Shown: positions 8,379 through 18,539 of the stretch, piece by piece
How positions within the stretch are numbered: position 1 is the first letter of the stretch
Layout: the number at the start of each line of letters is the position of its first letter
Assembly (NCBI GenBank): GCA_043732425.1
Contig: JAYTHR010000211.1
Coordinates: 1 to 36,769, forward strand
Length of the DNA: 36,769 nucleotides
Direction of reading: 5' to 3'
Source of the DNA: Bdellovibrionales bacterium
GTDB lineage: Bacteria; Bdellovibrionota; Bdellovibrionia; Bdellovibrionales; Bdellovibrionaceae
Program-made: the position numbers and the translations under genes
Notes under the pieces: model-generated
The model's input: the letters and a program-made list of their open reading frames with translations, nothing else
Database searches by the model: none
Told to the model about the DNA's origin: nothing

Positions 8379-9167
8379 CTAAACAGACTTCGAATTGCCT
8401 TTTTTCCATTCCCAAATCGCTAGCGTGGATGAAACCATGGCGTTTAAAGATTCCACGCGCTGAATGGGAATCGAAATCTTTTGAAGCGTTTCTTCTTGGG
8501 CTGGATTTAAAGTTAAGCCGGGTCCTTCTTCGCCGACCCAAAGTCGTAAGTTTGAAGGCCATTTGACGCTTGATATATTTTTACCCGTAAGATCTAAAGC
8601 AAAATTTTCGCCGACCACGGGAATTTGATTAATCCTGAAATCTGTTTTCTTAAAGTTTGCGTACAAGATTGCGCCCGCGGATGACTTCACTGACTGTGGC
8701 AGGTACGGATGAGCCGACTCTTGAGTTAAAATGATTTCGTGAACGCCAAGTCCAACGGCTGAGCGAACAAGGGCTCCTAAATTTCGAGGGTCACCTAAAG
8801 GACAAATAAGTTCGAGATCGATGGGATTGACTTGAAGGTTTTTAATTTCAAAGTCTTTATATTCTAAAACTAATAAAGGTCTATGAGTACCGACGACGTC
8901 TAAATCTTTAAAAGCAGATGAAGGAACAACTATTTTCTGAATTTCTTTTTCAGCAGGAATTTTATCAAGAAAAGAGGGCCATTCGTCTTTATCAAAAATA
9001 AGACAGGTCGTTTTAAAGCGCATTAAGTTTTGAGAAAAATACTCTTCGATAAGCTTTTCACCGCTGAAAATAAATTTTTTATGTTCTTTGATTCCTTTAG
9101 AAGTCAGCAGGGATTTAAACAGTTTTAGTTTTTCATTGCTATCTGAAGTAATAATTTGAGTGGGCAT
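8379..9167 (-). CDS. SpoU/TrmH-family RNA 2'-O-methyltransferase
   Basis: DPRNLGALVRSA, VGEEGPGL, IPIQRVESLNA (SPOUT motifs). Confidence 0.92.
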   Translation of the reverse strand: MPTQIITSDSNEKLKLFKSLLTSKGIKEHKKFIFSGEKLIEEYFSQNLMRFKTTCLIFDKDEWPSFLDKIPAEKEIQKIVVPSSAFKDLDVVGTHRPLLVLEYKDFEIKNLQVNPIDLELICPLGDPRNLGALVRSAVGLGVHEIILTQESAHPYLPQSVKSSAGAILYANFKKTDFRINQIPVVGENFALDLTGKNISSVKWPSNLRLWVGEEGPGLTLNPAQEETLQKISIPIQRVESLNAMVSSTLAIWEWKKGNSKSV

Positions 9168-9970
9168 TATTCAACCTCTTCATCAGGATCATCCGGTAGC
9201 GGAGCATTTTTTATTTTTTTAAATATAACTAGCCGGCGATGGTTTTGCGTGTGCTTTAAATCATAGGCAATATCTTTTTCGAGCACGTAGAACTCTTTCA
9301 ATTCTTCGGGAATTAATTTAAGTTCAGGATCAACCCCAGGCCCCTTCATAAAATAAATACGACCGCCTTGTTGCAGGCAACTGAGTACATTTCGAAGTGT
9401 GTTGGGGATGTCCTCGACCGCACGGGTAATGACGGCTTGAACAGGATAAACAAAATGCTCATTGATATTTCGACCGATGATATCTAATTTTTTTAAACCC
9501 AGTTGCTCACGTGCGATTTTTAAAAATTCGACTCTTTTTTGAACGCCTTCTGCGAGAATAATTTGTTGATCAGGAAAACGAATTTTTAACGGGATGCCTG
9601 GAAGCCCGGGTCCGGTGCCTAAATCAAGTAGCGGGAATTGTAATTCACAAAGTTCGGTAATAATCAGCGAATCGATGAAGTGTTTGATGGCGACGTCTTT
9701 TATTTTCAACAGGCGAGTAAAATTCTGATGTTCTTGGTTTTGCATTAATAGATGGTAGAAGTGGGCTAATTTTTGGCGTTCTGCATGGCTGCAGGTAAAG
9801 TTATGGTTGCGAAAGATGTCGGCAAGGCGATCATTCGCTTCTTCCACAGAATAGATTTTCTCGGCCTTAAAGCTTCTGGGGGCTACAGATTTCTGTTCGG
9901 TCAAAGAATGACCTGCATTTTGAACACGAGCCTTGTAGGGACTGTAATTTTGCTTATTTTTATGCGCCAC
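9167..9970 (-). CDS. rsmG: 16S rRNA m7G527 methyltransferase RsmG (GidB)
   Basis: NFTR, KHFIDSL, LDLGTGPGLPGIPL, KRVEFL, TRAV, MKG; N-terminal extension and acidic tail. Confidence 0.92.
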   Translation of the reverse strand: MAHKNKQNYSPYKARVQNAGHSLTEQKSVAPRSFKAEKIYSVEEANDRLADIFRNHNFTCSHAERQKLAHFYHLLMQNQEHQNFTRLLKIKDVAIKHFIDSLIITELCELQFPLLDLGTGPGLPGIPLKIRFPDQQIILAEGVQKRVEFLKIAREQLGLKKLDIIGRNINEHFVYPVQAVITRAVEDIPNTLRNVLSCLQQGGRIYFMKGPGVDPELKLIPEELKEFYVLEKDIAYDLKHTQNHRRLVIFKKIKNAPLPDDPDEEVE

Positions 9971-10035
9971 GGAAGGGACGCTAACATACAGCTAAATACT
10001 TGAAAAGACTAAAAATATTTTAGATACTAAAACCT
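9971..10035. promoter_or_regulatory. Divergent, apparently leaderless promoters of rsmG and pheS
   Basis: Plus strand: TTGAAA(10000)-17-GATACT(10023)-7-ATG. Minus strand: TGtTAGCGT(9986-9978)-7-GTG. No SD before either start. Confidence 0.5.
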
Positions 10036-11055
10036 ATGTCACAAACTCAATTAAATGAAATTAAGCAGCAGGCTTTGAAAGCTTTTCAAGAGGCCGGAAA
10101 CTCGACCGAGCTTTACAACGCGAAAGTTCAATTTTTAGGAAAAAGCGGCGCTCTGACTGAGACCATGAAACTGATGGCAACTTTACCCAAAGAAGAAAAA
10201 CCACTATTTGGTAAACTAGTGAATGAAGTGAAGTCTGAGCTTGAAAAACTTTACTCCGAAACAGAAGAGCTTTTAAAAAATAAAGAAATCAATTCCAAAA
10301 TGCTCAGTGAAAAGCTGGATTTAACGATCCCGGTAGAAAACAGTCCTGTCGGTAACGAACATCCCATTCATAAAGTGACGAACGAGATTTTCGGTATCAT
10401 GGCGCGCTTGGGTTATGCTCTTCGTACAGGTCCGTTGATTGAAAAAGATTATTATAATTTTGAGGCGTTAAACATACCTAAAAATCATCCAGCACGGGAT
10501 ATGCAAGATACTTTTTTCGTGGATGAAACTCACGTTCTTCGAACACACACCTCACCCATACAAATTCACTCGTTAGAAAATGAAAAACCACCCCTTCGAA
10601 TTATCGGAACAGGTCCTGTGTTTCGCTGCGATAGTGATATTTCTCATCTTCCGAATTTTCATCAGATCGAAGGAATGTGTGTCGATGAAAAAGTTTCGAT
10701 GTCAGATCTTAAAGGAACGATTTCTTATTTCGTGAAAGAATTTTTTGGTCCAGGATTAAAAACGCGGTTTCGCCCTAGCTTTTTTCCGTTCACGGAACCA
10801 TCGGCAGAAGTCGATTGTTCGTGTCCGATCTGTAAAGGCAGTGGGTGTTCTTTGTGTAAACAGTCGGGCTGGATTGAAATTGGTGGGTGCGGATTAATAA
10901 ACCCGAAAGTTTTTGAATTTGCTAAAGTCGAATATCCTCGGTGGCAAGGTTTTGCCTTCGGTTTTGGTGTGGAACGTATGGCCATCATCAAATACGGGGT
11001 CGATGACATTCGATTATTTCCGCAAAATGACGTCCGCTTTTTAAAACAGTTTTAA
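10036..11055 (+). CDS. pheS: Phenylalanine-tRNA ligase alpha subunit
   Basis: [48 protein letters not shown]; Cys-rich insert [15 protein letters not shown]. Confidence 0.98.
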   Translation: MSQTQLNEIKQQALKAFQEAGNSTELYNAKVQFLGKSGALTETMKLMATLPKEEKPLFGKLVNEVKSELEKLYSETEELLKNKEINSKMLSEKLDLTIPVENSPVGNEHPIHKVTNEIFGIMARLGYALRTGPLIEKDYYNFEALNIPKNHPARDMQDTFFVDETHVLRTHTSPIQIHSLENEKPPLRIIGTGPVFRCDSDISHLPNFHQIEGMCVDEKVSMSDLKGTISYFVKEFFGPGLKTRFRPSFFPFTEPSAEVDCSCPICKGSGCSLCKQSGWIEIGGCGLINPKVFEFAKVEYPRWQGFAFGFGVERMAIIKYGVDDIRLFPQNDVRFLKQF

Positions 11056-11076
11056 GAAAAATTGGGTAAATAAGAT

Positions 11077-13503
11077 ATGAAAATTTCATTAAAATGGATT
11101 CATGAATTTGTTGATATCACAGACTACTTCGCAAAGCCGATGGCACTGGCTGATCTACTAACAAAAGTGGGTTTAGAGGTCGAAGAGATTCATGATGAAG
11201 CCAAAGATCTTCGCCATGTGGTCATCGGTAAAATTCAGATAAAGGACAAACATCCTAATGCCGATAAGCTGTCTTTATGTCAGGTGGAAATTGGAAATGG
11301 CGAAGTGACGCAAATCGTTTGCGGAGCCCAAAACCATAAAACCGGTGACAAAGTTGTTGTGGCCTTACCAGGTGCAATTCTTCCAGGAAATTTCGCCATT
11401 AAAAAATCTAAAATCAGAGACGTTGAAAGTCTGGGAATGCTGTGTTCGTCGAAAGAGCTAGGATTGGGAGAAGGTCATGACGGCATTATTATTCTAGACC
11501 CTACGGCACCCGTTGGAAAAAGTTACGCGGAATATGCTGGACTTGATGATACCACTTTTGAACTCAAAGTGACTCCCAACCGTGCGGACTGCTTAAGTCA
11601 CTTTGGATTAGCGCGAGAAATTGGATGTTTAATTAATAAACCAGTGAAAAATCCGGAAGTCCAAAAAAAGTTTACGACTCTTTCCACGCAAGATAAAATT
11701 TCGCTGAAAATTGAAAATTCTGAATTATGTCCGCGCTACTGTGGGCGCTATATAGCAAATGTAAAAATTAGCCCAAGCCCCGAGTGGCTTGTAAAAAAAT
11801 TAGAAGCCGTTGGTTTAAATTCGATTAATAATGTTGTTGATGTTACAAATTACGTGATGCTGGAAATGGGACAGCCTTTACATGCCTTTGATGCGGACAC
11901 CATCGCCGGAAGTAAAATCATTGTGCGCACGTCGAAGATGGGTGAAAAATTTAAAACCTTAAAAGAGCAGGAAATTACTTTTAAAGGGGATGAGTTGCTT
12001 ATCTGTGATTCCGAGAAACCAGTGGCTTTAGCGGGCGTGATTGGTGGACTAAACTCTGGAGTTTCCGAAAAAACAAAAAATATCTTTTTAGAAAGTGCCT
12101 ATTTTCAACCGATGAGCGTGCGTAAATCATCACGCACGCACGGAATTGAAACAGACTCTGCCTACCGATTTTCAAGGGGCGTGGATCCGAGCTCGACGTT
12201 GAAAATTTTAGATCGCGCGGCTTATCTGATTCAACAAGTTGCGGGTGGCGAGTCTTTTGATAAGCCCTATGATTTTTATCCTCATCCTATTACCAAATCA
12301 GCCATTCCACTGTCGCTTCAAACTGTAACGGATCGTTTGGGTTATGCAGCCGATGAAAAACTTTTAGTCCAGTATTTAATAGGGCTGCAGTGCCAGGTAG
12401 AATCCTTGGGGGCGGGAACTTTTAAGGTAACGCCGCCGTTATTTCGTTTTGATTTAAGTACGGATATGGATTTAGTTGAAGAGTACGCTCGGCTTCATGG
12501 TTACGAACATATCCAGGAAAAAATTCCGGTTTTTAATTCAGAGCCCTTGGCTCATGACTTTTACTATTCGGAGACTCAAAAAGTCAGTCAAGTTCTTCGT
12601 GCCCAAGGGTTTTCAGGAGCGTTTAATTATGCTTTCGTAAATCAAAAAGAGGAAGATAACTTTATTAAAACCCCGGAATCAGTTCAGACAACCGGGTTAA
12701 GAATTGATTCAGAATCTATCTACTTAAGAAACCCCCTTAGCGAAGAACTTAATTCTATGCGCCGGTTAGTGACTTATGGATTGGCGCAGAATTTATTTAC
12801 GAATGTTCACGCTGGAAATCATCAGGGTAAATTATTTGAAGTGGGGAATGTTTTTTTTAAAAGTGAAGGTCAGTTTAAAGAAAAATTACATTTAAGTCTT
12901 CTCAGTTGGGGTGAAGATATCGGTGTGTATAAAAATCAAACGCCCCATGTTTTTCAAATAAAAGCAGCCATTGAAAAAGCATTAAATTTTTACCAGATCA
13001 GCTCTTTCACTTGGGGAACTAGCGAAAAGGCTCCGGCATTTTTACATCAAGGTCAATGGGCCACCTTAACCGTTGAAGGTAAGAATGTTGGTTTTGTCGG
13101 AACACTTCATCCGGGGTGGCTAGCGCAGAAAAAAATCAGATCAGATGCGGCCGTTGCTGAAATCGATCTGCAGCAGCTTCTAACCGGTCAGCCACGCCCC
13201 AAAAAGTTTAAAACTTTATCAGCGTTTCAGGCGATCGAAAGAGATTTTGCATTCGTCATGGATGCAAAAATAGCCGCCGGTGATTTGCTGAAGGAAGTTA
13301 AAAAAATGGCTGGTGCGAATTTAAAACAGCTTCGAATTTTTGATATTTACGAAGGGGATAAGCTGCCACACGGTAAAAAATCAGTCGCCTTAAAGGTCGA
13401 GTTCCAAAGTTATCAGGCCCAACTGACCGATGTCGAAATTCAAAATTTAACGCAAAAAATCGTGGATCAGGCTCAGAAAAGCCTTGGAGCGACACTTCGT
13501 TAG
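11077..13503 (+). CDS. pheT: Phenylalanine-tRNA ligase beta subunit
   Basis: HPNADKL, IVCGA.N, TPNRADCLS, NNVVDVTNYV..E.GQPLHAFD, DLVEEYAR, RDFAFV, FDIYEG. Confidence 0.98.
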   Translation: MKISLKWIHEFVDITDYFAKPMALADLLTKVGLEVEEIHDEAKDLRHVVIGKIQIKDKHPNADKLSLCQVEIGNGEVTQIVCGAQNHKTGDKVVVALPGAILPGNFAIKKSKIRDVESLGMLCSSKELGLGEGHDGIIILDPTAPVGKSYAEYAGLDDTTFELKVTPNRADCLSHFGLAREIGCLINKPVKNPEVQKKFTTLSTQDKISLKIENSELCPRYCGRYIANVKISPSPEWLVKKLEAVGLNSINNVVDVTNYVMLEMGQPLHAFDADTIAGSKIIVRTSKMGEKFKTLKEQEITFKGDELLICDSEKPVALAGVIGGLNSGVSEKTKNIFLESAYFQPMSVRKSSRTHGIETDSAYRFSRGVDPSSTLKILDRAAYLIQQVAGGESFDKPYDFYPHPITKSAIPLSLQTVTDRLGYAADEKLLVQYLIGLQCQVESLGAGTFKVTPPLFRFDLSTDMDLVEEYARLHGYEHIQEKIPVFNSEPLAHDFYYSETQKVSQVLRAQGFSGAFNYAFVNQKEEDNFIKTPESVQTTGLRIDSESIYLRNPLSEELNSMRRLVTYGLAQNLFTNVHAGNHQGKLFEVGNVFFKSEGQFKEKLHLSLLSWGEDIGVYKNQTPHVFQIKAAIEKALNFYQISSFTWGTSEKAPAFLHQGQWATLTVEGKNVGFVGTLHPGWLAQKKIRSDAAVAEIDLQQLLTGQPRPKKFKTLSAFQAIERDFAFVMDAKIAAGDLLKEVKKMAGANLKQLRIFDIYEGDKLPHGKKSVALKVEFQSYQAQLTDVEIQNLTQKIVDQAQKSLGATLR

Positions 13504-13535
13504 TAACATAAAGCGTTAATAGTGATTAAATTTTT

Positions 13536-13570
13536 CATAAACTTGATTCATTTCAAAGACTTGCTACGCT
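13536..13570 (+). promoter_or_regulatory. Candidate ihfA promoter with overlapping IHF-like site
   Basis: TTGATT(13543)-16-TACGCT(13565) with extended TG; minus strand AATCAAGTTTATG (13548-13536) matches WATCAANNNNTTR with one mismatch. Confidence 0.4.
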
Positions 13571-13591
13571 TTTGATAAGGGTGGTTTAAAC

Positions 13592-13936
13592 ATGGCAGGG
13601 CAAAACGTCGGACATTCTACTGTAACAAAAGCAGATATTGTCGAAAAAGTTTATGAAAAGATTGGGTTTTCTAAAAAGGAAGCCAGCGAACTTGTCGAAA
13701 TGGTTTTTAATTCTTTAAAAAATACTCTTCAAAATGGTGATAAAGTAAAAATCTCAGGATTTGGCAACTTCATGGTGCGTGGAAAAAATGAACGCGTCGG
13801 AAGAAATCCGCAGACGGGTGAGCAAATCAAAATTTCAGCCCGTAGAGTTCTTACTTTTCGCGCGAGCCAAGTTCTAAAAGCTATGCTGAATGGCGAAGAA
13901 TACGCCCATTTAAAGGATGATGATGATGACGAATGA
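13592..13936 (+). CDS. ihfA: Integration host factor alpha subunit
   Basis: TKADIVE, VKISGFGNF, GRNPQTGE, ARRVLTFR; follows pheT. Confidence 0.96.
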   Translation: MAGQNVGHSTVTKADIVEKVYEKIGFSKKEASELVEMVFNSLKNTLQNGDKVKISGFGNFMVRGKNERVGRNPQTGEQIKISARRVLTFRASQVLKAMLNGEEYAHLKDDDDDE

Positions 13937-14486
13937 AAATAACGATATTGAAGTCACTGAATCTAAGGTCGCCGCCGACGAAGTTCTAGATCTTCAAGAT
14001 AAGTTTATTGAAAATTCAGTTGAATCCACGATTTTAAAAACTGAAATGCTAACAGCCAGCTCGGAAATAAAAGCCGAAGCTTCATCGATGCCGCATGTTT
14101 TAGTGGATGATGAGTTAATGGCTGAAATCGCGACTATTCCGGATCGTTTTGGTTTTAAAATCGGAGATGTGGCTGATCTTTTAGGAATCAAACAATACGT
14201 TTTAAGATATTGGGAACAAGAATTTGATTTATTAAATCCCAAAAAAGCGTCGAATAATCAAAGATTATTTACTAAAAAAGATGTTGAAAATGCATTCCTT
14301 ATTCGTAAGCTCTTATACCGCGATAAATTCTCGATCGAAGGGGCACGTCAGGCCTTAAAAGATGTGAAGTTTGCTTTCAAAAAAGAAAAAGATTTTAATT
14401 CTATTGTTCAAAAAATTGATCACGTGCAGGTGCAGATAAGAAGTTTTGTGGAAGATATTCGTCGAGCTAAGGCGCTTTTTAATTAG
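13923..14486 (+). CDS. MerR-family HTH regulator (ihfA-linked type) with acidic N-terminal extension
   Basis: FKIGDVADLLGIKQYVLRYWEQEF..LNPKK..NQRLF, LLY.DKFSIEGAR; four tandem ATGs at 13917-13928 so the exact start is uncertain. Confidence 0.9.
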   Translation: MMTNENNDIEVTESKVAADEVLDLQDKFIENSVESTILKTEMLTASSEIKAEASSMPHVLVDDELMAEIATIPDRFGFKIGDVADLLGIKQYVLRYWEQEFDLLNPKKASNNQRLFTKKDVENAFLIRKLLYRDKFSIEGARQALKDVKFAFKKEKDFNSIVQKIDHVQVQIRSFVEDIRRAKALFN

Positions 14487-14503
14487 CACGGTCTTCGTTA
14501 TTT

Positions 14504-14538
14504 GCGGGGGTCTGGGTAAGACTGCCGCCTCTTTTTTT
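14504..14538 (+). terminator. Intrinsic terminator after merR
   Basis: GCGGGGGTCT-GGGTA-AGACTGCCGC imperfect stem followed by CTCTTTTTTT. Confidence 0.6.
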
Positions 14539-14574
14539 CTCATTTTTTTAAACGAGTATAGTAGTTCGTTGGTA

Positions 14575-14602
14575 CCTCCTGAAAAGATTACTTTTCAGGA
14601 GG
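14575..14602. repeat. Perfect 12-bp inverted repeat
   Basis: CCTCCTGAAAAG-ATTA-CTTTTCAGGAGG. Confidence 0.85.
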
Positions 14603-14669
14603 GCTGTCGGAGACTTTTATAGTTTTTTGCGTGAATCTTCGTTTACGCAATAGGTGTAATCATACTTCT

Positions 14670-14698
14670 TCGATAAGTTTGTTTAGCAAACTTATCGA
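14670..14698. repeat. Perfect 12-bp inverted repeat overlapping the DUF4360 gene stop codon
   Basis: TCGATAAGTTTG-TTTAG-CAAACTTATCGA. Confidence 0.85.
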
Positions 14699-15312
14699 CA
14701 GCGTCTCCAACTTAATTTGAAACTAGAATGTACGCCGGTATCAACCGAATCTAAATTGATCGTAGCTAAGCTTCGATCAATTGTGTTCGGATAGTAATTA
14801 ACTGCTAATTGCGATAACAAGTCGATTGTTTGTGATGGTCTGTTGCAAGTCGTGTAAACGAATCGTCCTGGCTTTTGCATCACTGTGACTGCGTAGTCTC
14901 CGCTGGTTGGTCCCTTGATAGTGGCTTCTCGCGCGGACGGTACTGCTTGATTTGGAACTATTTGAGTGAAGCGGTGGAAACCCCAGGCTGATGCCGGTAT
15001 GGCGGCGAACCCGCGGTAATCAGTTTGTTGCAATCCAAATTGCATGTTGGGAGGGACATCGACGTCGATTAAAACATGACAATCTTTTTGTAAACTAGTG
15101 GCTGCTGGATTTGCTGAGCCTTGACCGATTTCAACGGAGTAATGATCAAATAAAACGGAAAGTGTCTGACCGTCAGATGTCGTTATGGCACTAGCCGTTG
15201 AATTACTACAGCCTGAACCCACTAACCGAACTCCGCGGATGGCGACGCTTTGAGCGTAGGATTGTGCTGAGAGTGCTAAAAGTGCTCCGAATGCTAACAA
15301 AACTTTTTTCAT
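14692..15312 (-). CDS. Secreted DUF4360-family protein
   Basis: Signal peptide, GSGC, LSVLFD, KDCHV.IDV.VP, DYRGFA, conserved-looking Cys spacing and terminal WRRC. Confidence 0.8.
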   Translation of the reverse strand: MKKVLLAFGALLALSAQSYAQSVAIRGVRLVGSGCSNSTASAITTSDGQTLSVLFDHYSVEIGQGSANPAATSLQKDCHVLIDVDVPPNMQFGLQQTDYRGFAAIPASAWGFHRFTQIVPNQAVPSAREATIKGPTSGDYAVTVMQKPGRFVYTTCNRPSQTIDLLSQLAVNYYPNTIDRSLATINLDSVDTGVHSSFKLSWRRCR

Positions 15313-15474
15313 TTAATCCCCCCGGATTTCATGTGTGGTTATTTTCAAAGCAAAAAACTGAGAAAGCTAGGTTTTTGGAGCCTAACTGACACAGGATTCT
15401 GACTTAATTATAAGGAAAGCAATACATAAGCCAAAATTCTTGCTCATCGGAATAAATGCAGGCAATTTTAGAGA

Positions 15475-16863
15475 ATGAAGTTGATACCTGTTGTATTGAG
15501 TGGTGGAAGCGGCACGCGTTTATGGCCGGTTTCGCGTGTTAGCTACCCGAAGCAATTTTGTAATTTGCTAGATGAGTCTTTGCAGACAATGACTTTAAAG
15601 CGCCTTCGCTGTTACGAAGATCCTTTGATTGTAACGTCAGAGAAATTGCGAGTGTTAACTGAAAAAGAAATTGCTAACCATAATTTTAAAATCCGCCAGA
15701 TTATTTATGAAACAGAAGGAAAAAATACTGCTCCTGCAGTAGCGCTTGCGTGCCGCTTTTTGGAATTAACAGGAGCCTCCGAACAAATTTGCGGTGTTTT
15801 TTCTTCCGATGCGCTGATTACGAAATCTAGTGAATTCGAAAATGCCATTGCCACAGCAGTAAAAGCTGCAGAATCTGGAAAAGTTGCTATCTTAGGTATA
15901 CGCCCAGACCGAGTTGAAACCGGTTTCGGTTATATTCAGGTCAATGCGGCCACTTTAGGTCAAGTCAGCGGCGTTTTAAAATTTCATGAAAAACCAGACC
16001 ATCAAACGGCACAAAAGTTTATTCAAGACGGAAGTTATTTTTGGAATGCGGGAATATTCATATTCAAAGTCAGTCGCATGATTCAAGAGTTCGAAACTCA
16101 TCAGCCTGAAATGTGGAAAATGATTTCGAACTTAAAGTTAGATTTGTCTAACTTAAAAGAAATTTATTCAAACATGAAAAGTATTTCTTTTGATTACGCG
16201 ATCATTGAAAAGTTGAATGCAGCTGATTTAGATTGTGTGCCTTGCGATATCGGTTGGAGTGATTTGGGGTCTTGGGATGTGATTGACCAGATTAATTCAG
16301 ACGGTGAAAAGTTACCACTGAGTCAGCAACCGGTGGGTATCGAATCAACAGGTTCAGTGGTCTTTTCATCGGAAAAAAAAGTATACGGTCTTGTCGGTGT
16401 TCAGGATCTGATCATTGTTGACACCGCTGATGCGCTTTTAGTTTGTCAAAAAGGTGAATCCCAAAAAGTGAAAGAGCTTGTTGAAAGGATTAAACCAGTT
16501 CAAAAAAAGGCAGTTGACGAACGAAATTTTGAAATCAGACCGTGGGGTCGTTTTGAAGTTTTGCGAGATGAAAAGTATTTTAAATCGAAAGTAATAACGG
16601 TCGATCCTGGGCAAAAGCTGTCTTACCAGTCTCACGAAAATCGTGCGGAACATTGGGTGATACTTAAAGGTGAGGCAACTGTTGTAATCGATGGAGTTGA
16701 TCACAATGTGATTCAGGGTCAGCATATTTTTATTCCCAGAAAAGCGAAACATCGGATCATTAACTTTTCGGTGAACATTGTTGAATTTATTGAGGTCCAG
16801 GTTGGAACGTCGTTCGAGGAAAGCGATATTGTACGCTACCAAGATGATTATGGCAGGAAATGA
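15475..16863 (+). CDS. manC: Bifunctional mannose-1-phosphate guanylyltransferase / phosphomannose isomerase
   Basis: [38 protein letters not shown]; C-terminal cupin RPWG...LSYQSH.NRAEHW. Confidence 0.95.
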   Translation: MKLIPVVLSGGSGTRLWPVSRVSYPKQFCNLLDESLQTMTLKRLRCYEDPLIVTSEKLRVLTEKEIANHNFKIRQIIYETEGKNTAPAVALACRFLELTGASEQICGVFSSDALITKSSEFENAIATAVKAAESGKVAILGIRPDRVETGFGYIQVNAATLGQVSGVLKFHEKPDHQTAQKFIQDGSYFWNAGIFIFKVSRMIQEFETHQPEMWKMISNLKLDLSNLKEIYSNMKSISFDYAIIEKLNAADLDCVPCDIGWSDLGSWDVIDQINSDGEKLPLSQQPVGIESTGSVVFSSEKKVYGLVGVQDLIIVDTADALLVCQKGESQKVKELVERIKPVQKKAVDERNFEIRPWGRFEVLRDEKYFKSKVITVDPGQKLSYQSHENRAEHWVILKGEATVVIDGVDHNVIQGQHIFIPRKAKHRIINFSVNIVEFIEVQVGTSFEESDIVRYQDDYGRK

Positions 16864-17651
16864 AAGCTGAAAATTCAAATCCCTTAGCGCTCAAAAAAGC
16901 AGAAGCTATCAATCTTAACTTTAGTTATTCTGCGGATAAGCTTGTGCTCAAAGCAGTGAACTTACCCATTCATGAAAACAAAATTACTGCGCTCATTGGC
17001 CCTTCGGGGTGCGGTAAAACGACTCTCTTGCGTTGTTTTAATCGCATGCACGATTTGTATGGTAGCGTAAATTACGATGGTCAAATTATGTTGTATCCCG
17101 ATGCGGTCAATATTTTATCTACATCGCTGGACGCCATTGAAGTTCGCATGAAAATTGGGATGGTATTTCAAAAGCCGAACCCATTTCCGAAAAGTATTTA
17201 TGAGAATATTGCGTACGGTCTAAGAATTCGCGGTGTAAAAAAGAAATCCTTTATTGATGAAAAAGTGGAAGAGTCACTAAAGCTTGCGGGTTTGTGGAAA
17301 GAAGTCTCGGATCGTTTAAACTCTGGTGCTGGCGCATTGTCTGGAGGTCAGCAGCAGCGGCTTTGTATAGCCAGAGCTCTGGCTACAGAGCCCGATATTT
17401 TGTTATTGGATGAACCTACCTCGGCGCTGGATCCTATTTCGACAGCGCACATTGAAGAACTGGTGGGAAATTTGAAAAGATCTGTCTCCATCATTATGGT
17501 CACGCATAATTTGCATCAAGCCGCAAGAACCGCAGATTACACCGCCTTCATGTATCTGGGGGAACTTATTGAGTTTGGTGAAAGTGCACAGATTTTTACA
17601 AATCCAAAGCACCAAAAAACAGAAAATTACATTACGGGAAGGTTCGGTTAA
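16860..17651 (+). CDS. pstB: Phosphate ABC transporter ATP-binding protein
   Basis: [59 protein letters not shown]-terminal YITGRFG. Confidence 0.95.
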   Translation: MKAENSNPLALKKAEAINLNFSYSADKLVLKAVNLPIHENKITALIGPSGCGKTTLLRCFNRMHDLYGSVNYDGQIMLYPDAVNILSTSLDAIEVRMKIGMVFQKPNPFPKSIYENIAYGLRIRGVKKKSFIDEKVEESLKLAGLWKEVSDRLNSGAGALSGGQQQRLCIARALATEPDILLLDEPTSALDPISTAHIEELVGNLKRSVSIIMVTHNLHQAARTADYTAFMYLGELIEFGESAQIFTNPKHQKTENYITGRFG

Positions 17652-18538
17652 TGAAAAAAATTACGAAAGCAATTATTCCAGCTGCGGGATTGGGCACACG
17701 ATTTTTTCCAGCAACTAAAACAATTCCTAAGGAAATGCTTCCGATCGTCGATAAGCCCATTATTATGTATGTGATCGAGGAAGCTATTCAGGCAGGTGTC
17801 GAAGATATTGTATTAATTCAAGGTCGAGGAAAGACGGCTATCGAAGATTTTTTTGATATTAGTTATGAGCTCGAAGACAAATTGGTTAAAGATGGCAAAC
17901 AGCACTTAATCGAAGAAATAAATCGAATAAGAAATTCAGTAAACATTGTTTCAATTCGCCAGAAAAGTGCTTCAGGCCTTGGTCACGCCGTTCATTGCGC
18001 ACGAGTCGTAACCGGTGCCGAACCGTTTGCAGTGTTATTAGGGGATGAAATAACGATCTCAAAAAGTGAAGATCAAAACGTAACAAAATTTTTAATCAAC
18101 CGCAGCGAAGAAACTGAAAGTAGCAGTGTCTGGGTGCTTCCGGTATTAGAAAATGAAACGCATAAATATGGAATCGTCGACCTTAAAGAAAAAAATTTGA
18201 CAGATTTAAGCTTGGGGAAAAAAGTTTTCGGGGTTATTGAAAAGCCCCAAGGTTCGAAGGCACCCTCTTTATGGGCCTTGCCAGGGCGTTATGTTTTTAC
18301 GTCCGAAATTATGAATGAGTTAGATACTATCACCGCAGGGTATAATGGTGAATTTCAGCTTAGTGATGCAATGAATAATTTAGCCGCCAGAGGTTCATTG
18401 AATGCCTACAGCTTCGGCTGCCAGCGATTCGATGCGGGTGATAAATTAGGATTACTTCTTGCGAATATAGAAGTTGCCTTAATGCGGGATGATTTAAAAG
18501 AAGGATTACTTTCTTTCATGCGATCGAAATGTAGATAA
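17651..18538 (+). CDS. galU: UTP-glucose-1-phosphate uridylyltransferase
   Basis: KAIIPAAGLGTRF.PATK..PKEMLPIVDKP, RQ...GLGHAV, PFAVLLGD, IEKP, GEFQLSDA. Confidence 0.95.
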   Translation: MKKITKAIIPAAGLGTRFFPATKTIPKEMLPIVDKPIIMYVIEEAIQAGVEDIVLIQGRGKTAIEDFFDISYELEDKLVKDGKQHLIEEINRIRNSVNIVSIRQKSASGLGHAVHCARVVTGAEPFAVLLGDEITISKSEDQNVTKFLINRSEETESSSVWVLPVLENETHKYGIVDLKEKNLTDLSLGKKVFGVIEKPQGSKAPSLWALPGRYVFTSEIMNELDTITAGYNGEFQLSDAMNNLAARGSLNAYSFGCQRFDAGDKLGLLLANIEVALMRDDLKEGLLSFMRSKCR

Positions 18539-18539
18539 T

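Noticed and set aside
10813-10860. Cys-rich insert in PheS as a novelty
   Set aside because: This CxxC...CxxC insert is common in PheS of many bacterial groups.
14487-14691. tRNA-Pro expected after ihfA-merR
   Set aside because: No cloverleaf, T-loop (GTTCRA) or acceptor stem visible on either strand.
15340-15365. Sigma54 promoter for the DUF4360 gene (TTGC on the minus strand)
   Set aside because: The required -24 GG is absent.
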